Virus record (IMG/VR): IMGVR_UViG_3300038321_000208
Coordinates: 1-36,575 of that record
Length of the DNA: 36,575 nucleotides
Source: a virus
Taxonomy: Duplodnaviria > Caudoviricetes
Reading direction: 5' to 3' (one strand)
Positions 32,790 to 36,575 of the stretch are shown one piece after another; the stretch's first letter is position 1, and every line of letters begins with the position of its first letter. The notes under the pieces are model-generated. The model did no database searches. It saw only the letters and a list, made by a program, of their open reading frames with translations, and was not told the DNA's origin. The position numbers were made by a program, and so were the translations under genes.

Positions 32790-33570
32790 TTTTATCTCTT
32801 CCATTGTCAGGCAAAACAATCACAACTTTATTTTCATCATTGGTTTTTCCTTGCGAACTCTGCCCGCCGGATTTTTTAGTTTCCCGAATTGCGTTCAACT
32901 GTTCGATACATTTTGCTTTCTGCTTCTGGACGCGGGTAAGCTCGGCCTCGAAGCGGACAATCGTCTCGGTGACGGATATCATTGTGGTATTTAGATGAAT
33001 TCCATGCCCTTTTTTCTTCTCTTCGTCAGAAAGGATATTTTTCATACGGCCAGATTCATCTGGTTTCTCATGCTTCCATTCGCCGCGATTTACCTGGTAA
33101 AGCATCATGCCCATATTGTTGCTCTTGCTGTCTTGTCCAACCCGGCGCATTCGGTTTAGGTCGTTCATCAGACGGTGCTCACGGACGGAAAGCATTGCGA
33201 TCTGTTCCTTAAGCTGCTCTTCCTCGTCGGAAAGGTTCATATTTTCAAGCATGGCCTTTTCCTCGTCTGAAAGGACATCCCAATACACACCGGCATACAG
33301 GCCATGCTTTAGGCTATTATGATTCCGAAGTGGAGCGCCATGCCCTACCGCATTCTGATTTCCTAATTGTGCTTTACTCCTTGCGCTGCGTCCTTTCCGG
33401 TTGCAACTTTTCTTCTTCCCGGTTGCAACTTTTCGCAGCTTCCAGTCGCGGGTGGCCCACGATTTTACCGCGCTCAAGGAAACACCGTATTTTTCGGCAA
33501 TCTCCTTATATTTCATGCCGCTTTTCCAATCTTTGAATGCGTCCTCATACGCGGGATCGTGCTTGTCCAC
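32782..33570 (-). CDS. terS: Terminase small subunit
   Basis: N-terminal HTH (GMKYKEIAEKYGVSLSAVKSW), GN.NAVGHGAP..N.N.LKHGLY. Confidence 0.88.
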   Translation of the reverse strand: MDKHDPAYEDAFKDWKSGMKYKEIAEKYGVSLSAVKSWATRDWKLRKVATGKKKSCNRKGRSARSKAQLGNQNAVGHGAPLRNHNSLKHGLYAGVYWDVLSDEEKAMLENMNLSDEEEQLKEQIAMLSVREHRLMNDLNRMRRVGQDSKSNNMGMMLYQVNRGEWKHEKPDESGRMKNILSDEEKKKGHGIHLNTTMISVTETIVRFEAELTRVQKQKAKCIEQLNAIRETKKSGGQSSQGKTNDENKVVIVLPDNGRDKND

Positions 33571-34063
33571 TACATATCACCACCTCCGCTTTATGTTTGT
33601 CCCACAAAAATTACCGGCGACCGTTATTTTGTATACCGCGTTTTCTGCTTTCTTTGTGAGAATTAAATGCGCTGTTCTGTTTTCTTTCCTTCCAGTACTG
33701 ATCTGCCCGCTTTTCCGCAGCGCCATAAACTCGCCAATTAAAAAGCGGATAATATCGGCAATGCTTCATTGTACCACCCCATTTTAGGGTATAAAAAAGG
33801 ACGGCCAGAAGGTCGTCCCTGAAATATCCAGCTGGCATACTGCGGCGGAATTTTTGCCGGATAAACCGGCTTGTGTCAGCACCCGGTTAACACGCCGATG
33901 TCGATCCTATTGGATCGGCTGTTCTACTGACATATTTATGCGCCGTCCGTGCCGCTCAGACGGCGCACCGAAAGGAGGATAGAAAAAGGGTGCCGCCTTA
34001 GACTCTCGCACCATTGGCGGCATGTAAAAAGCCGCTGTGATTTTGCACACGGCGGCTATCAGC

Positions 34064-34273
34064 TTATCTAAAAAATGCTGTCATTGAAAACTTTTGTGGC
34101 CGCATGTGGTATTTACGGGCCAGTTCACGCGATTTCGTGTTAAATGCGTCCGCATACGGCTTTATCACTGTTTCGGCTTCCTCCCGCGAAATTTCCCCGG
34201 CTAAATATCCAATCTTTGCACACTCGGCTCTTTCCCGAAGCATTCTAATTTCATCCGTCATACTGTATATCAC
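34064..34273 (-). CDS. Hypothetical protein
   Basis: 69 aa; probable start MTDE after GAAGGGTG. Confidence 0.6.
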   Translation of the reverse strand: MIYSMTDEIRMLRERAECAKIGYLAGEISREEAETVIKPYADAFNTKSRELARKYHMRPQKFSMTAFFR

Positions 34274-34335
34274 CCTTCCAATTTTCTCAATATTAATACA
34301 GTAGCGGTTAATTTTCGAGATGGAAATCTCACGAA

Positions 34336-35691
34336 TTATTCCGAATCATTCTGAACCATATTGGCAACTTCCTCATCGTTTATTTCCTTAAGCTCCGGAA
34401 AATGATCTTTTACAGTTTTGGGATTGCCTTTGTAGAAAACCATCACATTCTGATGCGTCCGGACTACCTTTCGCGTTACCATATTCCGGCGTACTCGGCA
34501 TGCTCCTGAGCCAATCTGATTAACCAATATAATGTCGTTATATAGGCCAAGGCCCTTTTGGGCCATCAGCTGTCTCGTCAGCCCGGTAAGATTGCGATAA
34601 AATCCGTAATCTTCCCGCACATCAGAAAGGATTATCACGGCGAACCTGTTTTCCTTCAGCTTTTCAGCCGCCTTACCCATAATACCTGAATACGCTTTGA
34701 CAAATCCGGCATAATCCATGTTGCTGACATCGCGGGGGTCGTCGCTATAAACCTCAAGGTCAAAATACGGCGGGCACGTTAAAATCATGTCCGCTGTTCC
34801 GTCCTTGATATATGTATCCATGTTCAGCGAATCATCCGCAATCCATTTGAGCTTATCCCCAACCGGTATTCCGAGATCCTTCGCGTTCTGAAGGTCGGAA
34901 TCAATCTGTTCCGGTCGTAGGTCTATGCCTACATATGGCATTTTTGAAACATAAGCGACGATTCCACGCACAGAGCCACCCGCAAACGGGTCAAATACCA
35001 TGCCACCTTCTACATTGAACCACCGATACATGATTTCACACAATACCGGGTCAAAAACGCTGGTGCCATTATCATTCTTTCCCATCTGGAGCGATTTTGC
35101 GAATGTGAGATTTTCTCCACGGCCGTCTCCACTTTTCAAGCCAAAATTCAGCCATTGCTTTTTTCGGTCCTGCCAGTATCCCTTGCGGGCGTCCAGCACG
35201 GAAAATGGAGGAATTAAAAACGTGTCTGCCAACGTACCGGCGACATTGTTTTGCAGTTTGTTCATGATTCCATCGGCGTCTTCGGCCATGCTCTCGCTAA
35301 TCTGGTCAATCTCGTCCGGATCGAAGCCAGTCAAAGAAATATCGAAATCCGTATCGTCGCACAATTCGGAAAGAATTTTATCTAATTTGGCCTCGTCCCA
35401 CTCGCCTGAAATTTTGTTTAAGGCAATATTTAGTGCCTTTTCATGGCTTTCGTCCAAATTAACAACGCTCACATCCGCTTCTGTAAGGCCTAAATTTTTC
35501 AGAACCTTCAGCGTCTGATGACCGCCAACAACGTTCCCTGTGCGTTCATTCCATACAATAGTTTGGACGCAACCAAATGTTTCAATTGAATGCTTCAACT
35601 TTTCATACTCTGGATCTCCTGGTCGGAGATCCTTACGTGGGTTGTATGCCGCTGGATTGAGTTTATCAAGCGGCATTTTTTTCACAGCCAT
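34336..35691 (-). CDS. ParB-N-domain / DNA methyltransferase fusion
   Basis: L.PA.YNPR....EYEKL..SI..FG....GGHQ (ParB/Srx), DPFAGG (SAM binding), TCPPY (amino-MTase motif IV); start MAVKK after AAGGAG. Confidence 0.87.
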   Translation of the reverse strand: MAVKKMPLDKLNPAAYNPRKDLRPGDPEYEKLKHSIETFGCVQTIVWNERTGNVVGGHQTLKVLKNLGLTEADVSVVNLDESHEKALNIALNKISGEWDEAKLDKILSELCDDTDFDISLTGFDPDEIDQISESMAEDADGIMNKLQNNVAGTLADTFLIPPFSVLDARKGYWQDRKKQWLNFGLKSGDGRGENLTFAKSLQMGKNDNGTSVFDPVLCEIMYRWFNVEGGMVFDPFAGGSVRGIVAYVSKMPYVGIDLRPEQIDSDLQNAKDLGIPVGDKLKWIADDSLNMDTYIKDGTADMILTCPPYFDLEVYSDDPRDVSNMDYAGFVKAYSGIMGKAAEKLKENRFAVIILSDVREDYGFYRNLTGLTRQLMAQKGLGLYNDIILVNQIGSGACRVRRNMVTRKVVRTHQNVMVFYKGNPKTVKDHFPELKEINDEEVANMVQNDSE

Positions 35692-35864
35692 TTGTGAATA
35701 CTCCTTATGCTGTATTCCTCGCGCACCGGTTGTTTGGCGTAACGTCCGGTACCTCGGTAACTGAGCAGGAAGGAGCAACCTGCTTCGCTTACATTTTCAC
35801 CTCCACACATAAAAATAGGGCCGCCCGAAAGCGACCCCAGCATCTGATAAAATTTTACGCTATC

Positions 35865-35910
35865 AGAATATCACTTTATTCACGGCATGTCAACGACACG
35901 TTTACGACAT
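35865..35910 (-). promoter_or_regulatory. Late operon promoter with phased repeats
   Basis: TTGACA (35888-35893)-17-TATTCT (35865-35870) with a TGn extension; RTGYCGT repeats at 11-bp spacing (35882, 35893, 35904). Confidence 0.7.
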
Positions 35911-35919
35911 CACTCACCT

Positions 35920-36489
35920 TTACTGGCGATTATTCTGCCTTTCAAGGCCGTCGAGCCCGAAAAATAGCGCAGATATTTTTTCTGTAGCGAATTTTATATC
36001 ACGCTGAATCGTGCGTGTATCACAATTCTCCTCTTTTGCAAGCTCAATAAAGGTCTTTTCTGGGTTCTCTATGTACGCGCCGCTGATTACCCTCCAGCGT
36101 CTACGGTCCTCCGGCCGTGGAGACAGCTCACAAAAAGTATGGTACAGTTCCAACATTGACGTGACGTGCTCCATGAGGATATGAGTGCGGGCTACGCTGC
36201 GTTTAATGCTTTCGATCTCAACATCCTCAGTTTTCCATGATTCTGCGCACATGCAATCGAGTATGTCAATGGCAGATTCATCTTCGGGTGTCGGGGTATA
36301 GACCGCCTCTTCGACATAAGCGGCCAACATACGGTAATTGCGTAGGAGTAGCTTTGTATTGTGGAGCCGGCGATCAAAACGGGTCGTTTTTTCCTTTTTG
36401 CGCTCCCTCTCAAGGCGCTCCATGGTGGCTTTACTTGCCGCTTTTGCGGCTATTTTCACGATTTCTTCTTCAGAGAGATTATTATCCAT
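35920..36489 (-). CDS. Late transcriptional activator (ArpU/RinA-like)
   Basis: RLHNTKLLLRNYR and a C-terminal HTH (ELAKEENCDTRTIQRDI); immediately upstream of the packaging operon. Confidence 0.72.
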   Translation of the reverse strand: MDNNLSEEEIVKIAAKAASKATMERLERERKKEKTTRFDRRLHNTKLLLRNYRMLAAYVEEAVYTPTPEDESAIDILDCMCAESWKTEDVEIESIKRSVARTHILMEHVTSMLELYHTFCELSPRPEDRRRWRVISGAYIENPEKTFIELAKEENCDTRTIQRDIKFATEKISALFFGLDGLERQNNRQ

Positions 36490-36575
36490 GTTCTTGCCCT
36501 CTGTAGGTTTGTCAAACATATTGGACAGTATAGGAATGGAGGAATTCAGAAGGAGAGAGCCAGTGAAGAGGGCGC

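Larger units (their letters stand above)
477..36575 (-). mobile_element. Prophage (temperate, contractile tail, PBSX/Xkd-like), extending beyond the right edge of the window
   Basis: Co-oriented terminase-portal-capsid-sheath-tube-tape measure-baseplate-lysis gene order. The left boundary is inferred from the att candidate. Confidence 0.93.

Noticed and set aside
31380-32819. Intein or intron in the terminase
   Set aside because: Normal length, contiguous motifs, no splice-junction signatures.
33611-33838. 75-aa ORF upstream of terS
   Set aside because: A shorter product from MKHCRYY is possible, but there is no recognisable homology and part of the ORF overlaps hairpins; support is insufficient.

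Overview
The window is the late half and right-hand accessory end of a temperate contractile-tailed (PBSX/Xkd-like, myovirus-type) prophage of a Clostridia-type host. It is almost entirely on the minus strand. From right to left it holds: late activator, ParB-methylase, terminase, portal, head, neck, sheath/tube, tape measure, baseplate, tail fibre genes, a DGR, lysis genes, a plus-strand small-gene operon with a hammerhead ribozyme, XRE regulators, a hicAB toxin-antitoxin pair and a probable att site resembling the 3' end of guaA. The main finding is an unusual diversity-generating retroelement (6387-10710). (1) Between avd and the RT there are three tandem, divergent 112-bp template repeats instead of one. 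Each sits in its own ~270-290 bp RNA cassette with compensatory base-pair changes. (2) The single variable repeat in the C-type-lectin tail protein is a chimera: its 5' half matches one template and its 3' half matches another, with nearly all differences at template adenines. (3) The RT carries an inserted HicA-like domain lacking the catalytic His. (4) Avd has a C-terminal zinc ribbon. (5) The avd promoter shares an operator/promoter architecture with an XRE gene 8 kb away. All alignments were done by eye and no database searches were run, so family calls and novelty need confirmation.
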